Shown here: positions 1 to 10,150 of the stretch, piece after piece | Layout of the letters: every line of letters begins with the position of its first letter | Numbering within the stretch: the first letter of the stretch is position 1 | Source: Chrysomallon squamiferum | Taxonomy: Eukaryota; Animalia; Mollusca | Reading direction: 5' to 3' | DNA length: 64,000 nucleotides | NCBI GenBank assembly: GCA_012295275.1 | Contig: CM022667.1 | Span: 21,886,001 to 21,950,000 of the forward strand | Notes under the pieces: generated by a model | Seen by the model: only the letters and a program-made list of their open reading frames with translations | Told to the model about the DNA's origin: nothing | The model's database searches: none | Position numbers and translations under genes: made by a program

Positions 1-1555
1 ACAAGTCACGCATTATGTATACGAACAGCTGAGGTAGCTGGTCTTCATAAATGAGCGGATTGAATTCAAACAGACTAAATGAAGCTGGCACTGCTGGAAG
101 TGAATTTTCCATCAAGTACACAGATTCATGTTCCGGGACCGCGATCTGACGATAAAGTACCTCCATAGAGATTTTGTGCTTTTTATTTATATCACATAAT
201 TTCTTATGTACAGATAAAATTTCCAAAGCCATAGCACAGTAAACTGAATACTTCTTAACTGAGTATTCGTTTGCCGGTGTAAAATGATCTCTTGTAATAC
301 AGTTAATCAGTTGAATTACACCAATCACGCGTTCTTTCATTATAATAGGCATGCAGAGAACAGTCTTGGTACCATTGCCATTCACTTCATCAATAGCGGG
401 ATCAAAATGTTTATCTCGAGAGGCATCGAAAATATTAACACCTTGTTTTGTTTTATATACGTGACCAACGATACCTTCATCACAAGAAAACAGTATGTGT
501 TTCTGAATAGAAAACATTTCAGTAGCTTTCCAAGAAAAGCCAACAAAATAATTATCCGCATACAATTTGTTTTTTTCCTCGTAAACCAAGAAAATAGAAC
601 ATCTTTCAGCGGCTACCAATTCCTTACATGTTAACACGATTTTTTCAAGAAGACAATCTATGCTAACTGCATTAACAACTATTTCTTCTGTGTCATTCAA
701 CAGAATTTCGTTCAGCTGTGACTGATAATCGAGTACTTTATTTTTTTCTGCTTGGTGCAATGAAGAAACCATCCATCCAAGCAGCCAGTTACATACAAGA
801 TGGTCAAATTTTGAAAAAGGCATCTTTGATTTCTCTCGGCACAATTCGGTAACACCAATCAGGTACTCTGTAGGAAGAATCAAAGGAATAGAAATAACTC
901 TTTCTGCGTCTGCCCCTACATGACCAATACCTTTTGAATAATTCTTGTCCACCGACAGACTTTCTATCAAAAGCGTCTGACCCCGTAAAGCTGCTGCAGT
1001 AGAAACTGTGGATCCTTTTTTGATGGAGCGAAAAAGAATCTTGCCACTTTTGGCATTATATTCAAATAGATCTCTGTTTCTGTGACATGGAAGATACAAC
1101 GAAAACCAGTCGACTAGCAGAGCAGTTGCCAATACATCAGCAGCCTCGTAAAGTAGGTTACTTACATCATGCTCTCTACTGTGTTTGAAATAAATCTGGG
1201 TTTGCCTTTTAATGGACGAAAGAGCTTGTTGCTTTTCGGGATTTGATAGATCTTTTCGTTCACACAGAACGGATCCTATAGATTTAACACGTCGTCGGTC
1301 CGCACGCTTTTCTTTGATGTGCAACAGATATTGCAGTTTCTTTTCCTCTAAACTAAGAATTATTTCATTGAGAAAATCAGGATGGCTGTTGCAATAGGCA
1401 GTGACTGTTGAAGCATTCAAATCCCAAGGAACTATCAAACATGTAGGTGAACGAGATGTTCTCGGAAAATTGGATCCAAAACTTGTTTTCCATAACGGAG
1501 GTTTATACCCGGGCAATGGATTTCTTTTCACTGGCTTCAAATGAACTCCTGACAT
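1..1555 (-). CDS. Intronless PDE10A-like cyclic nucleotide phosphodiesterase, copy 1 (N-terminus and GAF-A/GAF-B; catalytic domain runs off the left edge)
   Basis: ATG at 1555-1553 (MSGVHLKPVKRNPLPG...AYCNSHPDFLNEIILSLEEKKLQYLLHIKEKR). The same frame reaches the window edge as ...VIQLINCITRDHFTPANEYSVKKYSVYCAMAL...YEDQLPQLFVYIMRDL, collinear with the 804-aa ORF at 3108-5522. It is probably missing from the ORF track because there is no stop inside the window. Confidence 0.88.
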   Translation of the reverse strand, partial: MSGVHLKPVKRNPLPGYKPPLWKTSFGSNFPRTSRSPTCLIVPWDLNASTVTAYCNSHPDFLNEIILSLEEKKLQYLLHIKEKRADRRRVKSIGSVLCERKDLSNPEKQQALSSIKRQTQIYFKHSREHDVSNLLYEAADVLATALLVDWFSLYLPCHRNRDLFEYNAKSGKILFRSIKKGSTVSTAAALRGQTLLIESLSVDKNYSKGIGHVGADAERVISIPLILPTEYLIGVTELCREKSKMPFSKFDHLVCNWLLGWMVSSLHQAEKNKVLDYQSQLNEILLNDTEEIVVNAVSIDCLLEKIVLTCKELVAAERCSIFLVYEEKNKLYADNYFVGFSWKATEMFSIQKHILFSCDEGIVGHVYKTKQGVNIFDASRDKHFDPAIDEVNGNGTKTVLCMPIIMKERVIGVIQLINCITRDHFTPANEYSVKKYSVYCAMALEILSVHKKLCDINKKHKISMEVLYRQIAVPEHESVYLMENSLPAVPASFSLFEFNPLIYEDQLPQLFVYIMRDL

Positions 1556-1582
1556 TATTTATCCTGATTGTCAGTAAAACAA

Positions 1583-1611
1583 TTATGACGTTGTATTATT
1601 GTTGACGTCAT
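1583..1611. promoter_or_regulatory. Double CRE (half-site TGACG plus palindromic TGACGTCA at 1603-1610) upstream of PDE copy 1
   Basis: TTATGACGTTGTATTATTGTTGACGTCAT, 26/29 identical to 5567-5595 upstream of PDE copy 2. Confidence 0.7.
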
Positions 1612-1693
1612 CTGTCACTGTTTACAAATTTTATTAATTATGAAAAATTACATACAGTGTAAAATATTTTATTTATAAAATTACTGGTAAAAA

Positions 1694-1748
<55 letters not shown>

Positions 1749-2185
1749 AATTAATAATAAAACGTAATGGATGAAAATAAGCATAAATAAATTCTAGAAA
1801 GTGAACTTTTTATCTTCTAATTTAAATATTTATCATCTTAAAAAAATAATAAAATGATGAAAAAAATAACGATAAATAAATAAAGGTTTTAAATTTTTTT
1901 AAATCTGACACTGAAAGAAATAAAACGATTCAAAATATCTTTTGGTCAGTTTTGTTTTTTTAGCGACATGAGAAATTTATGTTCTCGATGATTCATTACT
2001 AATAACATTACACTTCCATAGAAAATTATAAAACAGCTTATGCTTATTTTATTTATTTATTTAATTATGCATGTTTCAGTATATGTAAGTATACATATGT
2101 GTGTACGTATGATTTTCCTAAACATGTATGCATGCATTGATGTGTGTATATCTGTATATAAATATTTATATGGCTATGTATATGC

Positions 2186-2192
<7 letters not shown>

Positions 2193-2250
<58 letters not shown>

Positions 2251-2269
2251 TATTATTATATATATGTTC

Positions 2270-2305
<36 letters not shown>

Positions 2306-2360
2306 TTCAGTTTGTGTGTGTATATACATTTGTGCGCGCATGCACGCACGCACACACACA
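2193..2360. repeat. (TG)n/(TA)n/(CA)n microsatellite cluster
   Basis: Long TG run at 2193-2248 plus adjacent dinucleotide runs. It explains the CVCV/HTHT spurious ORFs. Confidence 0.95.
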
Positions 2361-3107
2361 CACATACATATTTTTATATGTTGTTTTTTGTTTGTGTATA
2401 TATGTGTATATGTTTTACATCCCAAATTTATTTTTTTATTGAAATAATTTTTGAAAATGTTATAAGTTAAAATGATTATGTTAATTATTATATGGATGAT
2501 GATTATTAATTTAAAAACACGGGAGCCTTTAATTAATTTTTATTATAAACTATTGTAAATTTAAAGAACAGTGATTTTCTTTACACTAATGAAAAACAAA
2601 TACATCTTACTGGCTATTCCATAAATGAATTTCCATTATGATAAATCTATTTATAATATTTTACATAAAAAGTAAACTGACAAATAATAACTCAATAATA
2701 CTGCTACTAATAATAATTCTCCATGCATATATTATAACATCGATAAATATTCACAATTATCATGTTAATTAGTGTGCAATTTTTCATCTTACTTAATATA
2801 TTTATTTATTCATTAGGTTTAATATGATTAGAAATATAACTAGAAATGTGGTTAAAAACAGTGAGAGTAAAAACAAAAAAGAGCTGTGAAATCTAACTTT
2901 TAAAACCTTTTCCTTCATCTTTATTTTGCACACTCAGTTTCATTAATGTACTTCAACTTTTATTTAACTAGCAACAATTCTAGTATTTCTCTATTTGATG
3001 TACCATGAATTTCTTTTAAATATACGCCATACAAATCGGCCAGATACTGTTCTATCATCAACCAATAGTAGTTTTTCAGAGGTAGCAGAATAATTACTTA
3101 GAGTCTG

Positions 3108-5522
3108 CTATTCTAACTCAGTGATGTTTTCGAAAAAGTTTTTGTCCTCTTCCTCATTAGATGCGATTGCTCGCCATTTGCATAAGTTAGTTTCTATTCC
3201 TTTCAACAACGGCACACTACCTGGAAAAACTTCTGCAATGATGGAGAAGAGTGGTTTGCATATTAGCATGATGAAGCCGACTTGTTGTTTCGGAATATTA
3301 TCCCTCAAATCTCGGTCCATCATTTCGGAAGGTACTAAACCGTGTTTCTTTTCTATATCCCCTTGTAAATAGAATTCTTTATAAAGACGACCCACCATGT
3401 CTAGTTGTGTGTCCCAGGGTTTGGCAACTCCACATAAGTCCGCACCTGCCATTAGAAGTGATTTAAATAATGTTCTGCAGTGTACATTTTCCATGTCAAA
3501 TGTTTTGTCTTGAATCATACTCGAAACTTCTATTTGAGTGTCCATGTACAGAGCGAGATCTGTGGCGATTATAGCATCGTAAATCATTAATAACATATCT
3601 CTGTATTCATACGAATAAAGAAAGGAGAAAATATCGTGACCTTCTAACTGCAGAATTGTTACCGTGTGTTTATAATGGTGATGTTCCATTACAGATGTGT
3701 TGTATAGATCAGCCAAGGGCAGACTGAATTCTTTATAGAAAATATTATTGTATCCTCGGTGATCCAAATCGTGGCATACCCCCGCGATAATTAGAGCCAT
3801 TGTTTCCAGGGTTGTGAATATATCCCGATTTGTCTTGACAATGCGATACAGTGTGTGAGCTACTTGAAATCCGTGTTGCCAGTTATGGTACGGCAGTTGT
3901 CGATAATTGTTTTTAACTGTCAAGATAAATCTGCACATTTTCTTGAAATGAAATGTGTCTTTTCCAAACAAGTCATGGATTAGGTAAATAAATAACTGGG
4001 GTAATAATGTTTCATGCGTATAAGCGTTGAAATCATATAGGAAAAAGGAGTATGGGATTGTAGAAGTTGAGGTTTCTTCCTCCAGATGTAGACTTTTTGA
4101 AGGTGGGGGAATGATGTGATACTGAAGCACTTCCATTGTAGATCTGTACATTGCTTGAGCATAACGCATTTTATCACATATCCTTGACATATGCAGAGCA
4201 AGGGCACAATAAACAGAAAATGTTTTAAAAGCGTCTACGTCTGCATATGTAAAATGATCATTTGAAAGACAATTAACCATTTCGATGACACCAATAACGC
4301 TGCCACGGGTTACTATAGGCATACAGAGAATACTCTTTGTATGATAGCCGACTATTTCATCAACCAGTGGGTTAAAACATTCATCTGCGTGTGCATCAAA
4401 AACATTAACAGTCTCTCCTGTTTTGAAAACATATCCAGCAATTCCTTGATCAGAAGAAAAACGTACGTGTTTTTTAGAGGATATAACATGTTTTGTTTTT
4501 TCTTGCATACTGTCAAAAAAATAATCAGCTAGAAACTGATTTCCTTCTTCATTTACCAAAAACATAGCAAATCTGTCTGCATTTACCAAATCTTTGCTGA
4601 AAAATAATATTTTTTCAACAATATGATCTATGCTCTCTATGTCTAAAACTTCCTCTTTAGTGATATCCCATAGGATATTATTCAGTTGGGACTGAAGATA
4701 AAGAATTCTTCGTTTGTTAGCTTGATGCAGAGAGCAGCTTAACCAACCAAACAAAAAATTTGTTATATACAGATCACGTTTACAAAATGGTTTCTTCAGT
4801 CTATTCCTGCTCAATTCTATGACAGCAATCAAGTCACCAGAAGGGAGTACTAAAGGAATTGAGAAAACGCTGTAAACATCTCTCGTTGGATGTCCAATGC
4901 CACCAGGATATTTACTGTTTCTGGGTAAGTCTTCTACAAGTATTGTTTTTCCAAGAAAAGCCGCTTCAGCAGATACAGTCGTTCCTTTTCCGATTACACA
5001 ACACTTACTTTTTTCACTTTCACTGCCATATTCAGTTAAATTCTTGTTATTATTACATGGCAGATACAGTGTAAACCAATTAACTTGTAAAGCAGTGGCT
5101 AACACATTACCTGCATCGTAAAGAGTTTTGTGAACAATTCGTTCTCGACTTTCTTTAATAAATATTTCACTTTGTAGTTTAATGGATAAAACTCGCGGTT
5201 GATTTTCATTAAAATACATATTCTTCTGCTGCTTCGTCCCAGAACCGGCATTCTTTGCCTTCAGCAAGGTTGTACGCTTTTCTTTAATATGTAATAAGAA
5301 CTCAATTTTAGATTCGCATAAACCAAGAATTATTTCATCAAGTAATTGTGGATGGTTTTCTAGGTAAGTGGTCACTGCTGAGGTTTTTAGATCTGGTTGT
5401 ATCGTGAATTTTTGAAATCGTGAAGTCTTTGGATACTGTGATGCTGCATTATGTGTCCGTGTTCGAAATCTTTCTCTTGAGAACTGATTTGGTCTTGATT
5501 GTTGTGCCTTACTGCCTGGCAT
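3108..5522 (-). CDS. Intronless PDE10A-like GAF-GAF class I phosphodiesterase, copy 2 (804 aa)
   Basis: Single-exon ORF. Tandem GAF domains (GIAGYVFKTGETVNV, GYHTKSILCMPI, FSVYCALALH). Intact PDEase motifs YHNWQHGFQVAH, CHDLDHRGYNN, MEHHH, IIATDL, ADLCG, EFYLQGD and the invariant Gln in QQVGFI. The HNWxH and CALALH context is PDE10-like. Confidence 0.93.
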   Translation of the reverse strand: MPGSKAQQSRPNQFSRERFRTRTHNAASQYPKTSRFQKFTIQPDLKTSAVTTYLENHPQLLDEIILGLCESKIEFLLHIKEKRTTLLKAKNAGSGTKQQKNMYFNENQPRVLSIKLQSEIFIKESRERIVHKTLYDAGNVLATALQVNWFTLYLPCNNNKNLTEYGSESEKSKCCVIGKGTTVSAEAAFLGKTILVEDLPRNSKYPGGIGHPTRDVYSVFSIPLVLPSGDLIAVIELSRNRLKKPFCKRDLYITNFLFGWLSCSLHQANKRRILYLQSQLNNILWDITKEEVLDIESIDHIVEKILFFSKDLVNADRFAMFLVNEEGNQFLADYFFDSMQEKTKHVISSKKHVRFSSDQGIAGYVFKTGETVNVFDAHADECFNPLVDEIVGYHTKSILCMPIVTRGSVIGVIEMVNCLSNDHFTYADVDAFKTFSVYCALALHMSRICDKMRYAQAMYRSTMEVLQYHIIPPPSKSLHLEEETSTSTIPYSFFLYDFNAYTHETLLPQLFIYLIHDLFGKDTFHFKKMCRFILTVKNNYRQLPYHNWQHGFQVAHTLYRIVKTNRDIFTTLETMALIIAGVCHDLDHRGYNNIFYKEFSLPLADLYNTSVMEHHHYKHTVTILQLEGHDIFSFLYSYEYRDMLLMIYDAIIATDLALYMDTQIEVSSMIQDKTFDMENVHCRTLFKSLLMAGADLCGVAKPWDTQLDMVGRLYKEFYLQGDIEKKHGLVPSEMMDRDLRDNIPKQQVGFIMLICKPLFSIIAEVFPGSVPLLKGIETNLCKWRAIASNEEEDKNFFENITELE

Positions 5523-5566
5523 TATGTCTGGCTAAATTGTTTCACTCTTCCATAATAGTTGCGTAT

Positions 5567-5595
5567 TTATGACGTGACATTATTGTTGACGTCAT
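5567..5595. promoter_or_regulatory. Double CRE (half-site TGACG plus palindromic TGACGTCA at 5587-5594) upstream of PDE copy 2
   Basis: TTATGACGTGACATTATTGTTGACGTCAT, same spacing as in copy 1. Confidence 0.7.
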
Positions 5596-6199
5596 TGCCA
5601 CCTTTCCGGTTTACGCCTGATGGTTCAATTAGTACTGAATATAATGTATCATAAATATATAAGTATTAATAATAATAATAATAATAATAATACAACGCTG
5701 TAAATTCAATCGCTACGTCCAGATGTTTGCACAACAACACAAATCTGGTTATAAAGATTTTACCAGATCCTTTTTGATATTCATGATTTTCCTTGTATGT
5801 GTAAGCATATCTATATGGGTTTATGAAAATATTTCCCAAACGAGATTCAGAAACGGACTATTAAACTAAACAATCACTTAGAACTTAGTCGCATATCCTT
5901 TTATACCTTTTTGTTTGTGAAATTATTTTGAAACATGAAGGGAATGGCAGTATATTATTTTATTGTTATATTTTATAATCGGCAAAGTTCTATGACGAAG
6001 GGAAAATAAAAGAATAGCTTGAAAGGAATGCTGTTTAATACTACAATTAGAGTACCCATTTTGCTAAATTGTTTGTTTTTTAAAACATTACTTTTGTTTG
6101 TTTCATGTATGTGTTATTTATTTATTTATTATTATTATTATCTGTTTTTAACAAATTTCGGTCATTTTCTGTTCCTTTTTTGTTTTGTCCACTAATCTT

Positions 6200-7700
6200 T
6201 GCCAGTAAGGACATCAACCCGGAAATATTTCTGTCAGTATTGACAGGACGGGTTTAAAATAAACTTCAAAAAGGTAATCTGTTGTAAATATTATATTCAT
6301 AATCCCTGTCCATTGTTTCAGTGGGTTTTCACTGTGAGATTTTTCATAATCCTCCTGTAGATAAAACTCTTGGTAAAGTCGATTCATAAAGCATCCTTGT
6401 TCTGGCGGCATAGCTGCTCCGTCAAAAGTCCTTTTAATAATATTCTACATTCCCTTTTCTTTACGTCAAATGTTTTGTTTATTTGTTTATGGATTTTAAA
6501 GCTTTGTAAAACATTCGTGGCGATTATTACGTCATGAATCATCATTTGTTCCTTCATGCTAAATGTAAAAAAATATATATTTATTACGTATGCGCCACCT
6601 TACATGCGTACATCCAGTTTTGATAAGGTATCGGGTCAATGCGGCGAGTGAATGAACGCCACGCGGCTTGAAAGAGTAGTTCCGGTCTGGCGAGGACAAC
6701 ACCCGTGCGCGCGAACTATGAAAATAGCGTCGGGAAAACACTTCCGGTTTTCTGATCTTTCCGGATTTCAAATAAATATGGATCAAAATTATAAATAAAA
6801 AAGACGTAGATACTAGTTCGTGTGCCGTTTGTTTCAACAAGGTTTGAGACTCATTTTCGGGAGCAACAAAGTGATAATTAAGTATGTCCATCTCTGTTTG
6901 AGTCTGTACTTCAGTTAGTTGTTGTTTGGAACAAATTTGTGACAGACGTAAGGCTAAAGTGCAATAAATTCTTTAGACATACCGGCTTCTTCGTTTTCAA
7001 GTGTAAAGTGATAATTGCAAAAACTGTTAACCATCTGAATTACACCACATTACGACTTCGTGGTAATGGGCATGCACAGTAATGACTTAGAAGGATATCC
7101 TTCCAGTTCGTCTTTTTGTGGTTTAACTCTTTCATTGTTATAAGCGTTTGTGCACATTGACAGTTGTCCCAGTTTTCTATACGTAGCAAACAATCCGTGG
7201 TCACAAGAGAATAGGATATGTTTCATTTTGATACATACAAATTTCCTTTCTACCTCAGAAATTTTAAGATTTTCTTACATTGGGTTTCTCTTTAATTTGC
7301 AGCAAACGCAGAATTCTTTTCCTTCTAAGACTAAGAATTATGGCGTCAAGAAACTTAGAATGATTTTAAAAATAGATCAGTAAAGATGAAACGTCCATAT
7401 TACTGTGCCTTGAGTCTTTCCATATTGAAGCTCTAAAAACATAACCTCCGACTCCACACAAATATTCGATTACTCCAGGACATGCATTGTTACACATTAA
7501 GTAATATCAAGTTCCTCGAACAATAAGCATGGTTTCTAGTTCTCTTTGCTTTGACACATAGTCCCACATTGAATTATTATTTTTTTTTTTACCAATAACT
7601 AACAAATGTTTACTCCTTCAGAACTTTTATGATTTGAAACGTCATAATGATAGTATTTCCAGACTTTATTAGAAAATGAACATGTCGGAACAAGAAAGCA
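6200..7700 (-). pseudogene. Decayed PDE10A-like copy 3
   Basis: Collinear fragments with stops and frameshifts: KHILFSCDHG/IVCYV*KTGTTVNV (~7150-7225), GYPSKSLLCMPITTKS*CGVIQMVN (~7025-7100), YCTLALRLSQIC, MDILNYHFVAPENES (6891), MIHDVIIATNV...TFDVKKRECRILLKGLL (~6425-6545) and RLYQEFYLQEDYEK...KPVLSILTEIFPG (6214-6385). The HNWxH/HDLDH core is missing. The upstream boundary is approximate. Confidence 0.85.
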
Positions 7701-8176
7701 GTAATGGGGAAGAATAAAAAAAAATAAAAAAAAAATAAAATATATATATATAAATATTTGTTTTACCTCACTACATTTCATCTGTAAACATGACCACACA
7801 AACTAAAAAAATCACAAATTAATTTAATCCTTAATATAGTGATTTTTCAATCAACTTGCCGCAGCATACGTTTTACTTTACGTAATAAAACTGTGAATTT
7901 CAACCTTGAAACTATAAAATAAAAACCCTGTAAAGATTATTATTATCGAAAGGTTCTGATAAAATAACAGAGGAAAATAAAAGAAGCAAACGAATTACTT
8001 CCTTTAACTAGTACCCGGATGTGTTATTCTTTTCTCTTTTTTTTTTCTTTTTTTTTTATTATTCTGCTTTTCAAAGAATTCATGGCGACTTTCGTTTGCG
8101 AAATATTCAAGGAATGAATCATTTATAGTGCCTGTTGCTAGGGGGTGGTGGTGTCAGGAAGGGAGTTCGTTATACG

Positions 8177-10118
8177 ATGATTTGCAAGGAAGAATTATGT
8201 GCACTGTTTAAGAATCTTAGCCCTTACAAAAGGATTGATTATATGTGTAGTCTGCTACATATGTGCCACCCATTGGAAGTAAGATTTATCGGGTCGGTTC
8301 TGGAAGAATATGGCCGGAAAGACTATTATTACCTACGAGATAATGAAATAAAAGCAAACACTCCCAATGAAGTATCAAGACTGACCGAGTTGCCAGAGGA
8401 AGAAATATCTGCTGGTTTAAATGTTTATTTATGTCTTTTGCATTCCTCAAATTTAGCTTGTTCTAAACTGATTTTTGAAATTTTGGACACTTGTTTACGA
8501 CGAGCATTTGATTTTTCAAAGTCAACAAATCCAAAAGAACACGAAAAACTTCTTTTAGCGTTAACACTTGCGGTTCACCATCCTGCATTCACGTTTTACC
8601 AGAAAACTATTCTGTATGAATGCTATGCCAAACTTGAGCTGCAGATCAGGGATTTAGAAAAGGTAAAAAAAAAAAAAACACACACACACACACAAATACT
8701 AAGTATTTACTTAAATGAAGGTTACTGACACTAATTAGTAGCACAAAATAAATATAATCCATTAAAATGCATTTTATATTTTTATACAATTTGCTCATTT
8801 CCTAGTACAGCTATTTCCATCCTATTTTGTTCATATTTTAAGTAAAACAATACTTACATTAAATACATGTTACTAAAATGAAAAAATATATATATTAAAA
8901 ATTGAAACAACCAAACTGGAACATAAGTTCTGTCTTTTCCAGAAAAATTATAACCTTCAACAATACAGATTATATATAAATTATAATGAATAGTCTGTAT
9001 ACAAATAACAAAAATTAAATTTTAGATTACAAAATAGAAAGGATAATCTCTTAAAAGAAAATAAGGAAAGAATAGCATTGGACTAACTAAATAATTTTGA
9101 AAATGATAAAATTTAATGCATCAACAAGCATACATTTTGATAAATTAAAGATTATAGTTCCAATAAAAACAATTCAAGCACAAGACAAAAAAAAAGAAAA
9201 AAGTATAATATGACTTCATAAAAACAGTAACTTAAGTTAAAACAAGGCAATAAGTCTGAGGAATAATGTAATTTATTGTTTAATATTCATAAAGAAGATT
9301 GTTAAAATTAATTTTAAAAAGTAGCAGATTTTATGAAGTCTCATGTAGAAGCTTTGTATGGTCAGTCTTATGATATTAGCATTACCATATCAGAATGCCA
9401 AATGATCATATAGCTTTTATAGTATTTGTGACAAATAATGTTATCTATTTATGGTCATTACTACATGTTCCTTAATATTAATGTGTCATGGAGGAATTTT
9501 CTTTAATTTTTATTTATTTTTATTTATGTAATTTTTATTTTATTTTTTATTTTGTTACTTTTCTTTGTCTCCTTAATTATTATTTTGTTACTGATTGAAT
9601 TATGACCTTTGAATTATTCCATTGGGCTTCAATCAAATTAATGTATACATTGTGAATACTTTTTAAAATAATAATTGTTTTACTTTTGTTTGTATGTCAG
9701 CACCTAACTTTTCCTTTTATATGGAATTATATTTGTAATCAGTTTGTTTTTCCTGCCTGGGAGGTGAATGTTACAGATCCTTGTGTATGTTTTAGTTACA
9801 GAAAGTAGAAAAGTAGTACAATGAAGAGAAATATAAGCAAAAATTTCCTTAGTGACTGGCTTTTCTGTGTTGTTACTGAATGATATTTACTGCGTTCAGC
9901 AGTGAAATAGTTCTGAAGTCTCTATTTTTTCAAATTTTACACACACGCACACAAAAAACACCATTTTATCTGGGTATAAATACTAGTTACCTATTTTCAT
10001 TTTTGACAGTCTGATCTCATGTTAATTTGGTTTTTAATATAGAGTAAAATGTCCAGAGGACAGTAATTTCAAATAAAATGAAAATATTTTTAACAACTTT
10101 AATTGATTCAGATTATGG

Positions 10119-10150
<32 letters not shown>

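Noticed and set aside
284-1397. Plus-strand ORFs 284-634 and 1212-1397
   Set aside because: Antisense shadows of PDE copy 1, which is the real minus-strand frame.
2040-2470. Overlapping CVCV/HTHT ORFs
   Set aside because: Translations of (TG)n/(CA)n microsatellites.
7866-7886. ATACGTTTTACTTTACGTAAT as a decayed double CRE of PDE copy 3
   Set aside because: The ACGT spacing (8 nt) differs from the 13 nt in copies 1 and 2 and there is no TGACG. Too weak to call.
8135-8176. TTG-initiated MLGGGG extension of ZCCHC14 exon 1
   Set aside because: Bacterial-style start from the ORF caller. Homology begins at the ATG at 8177.
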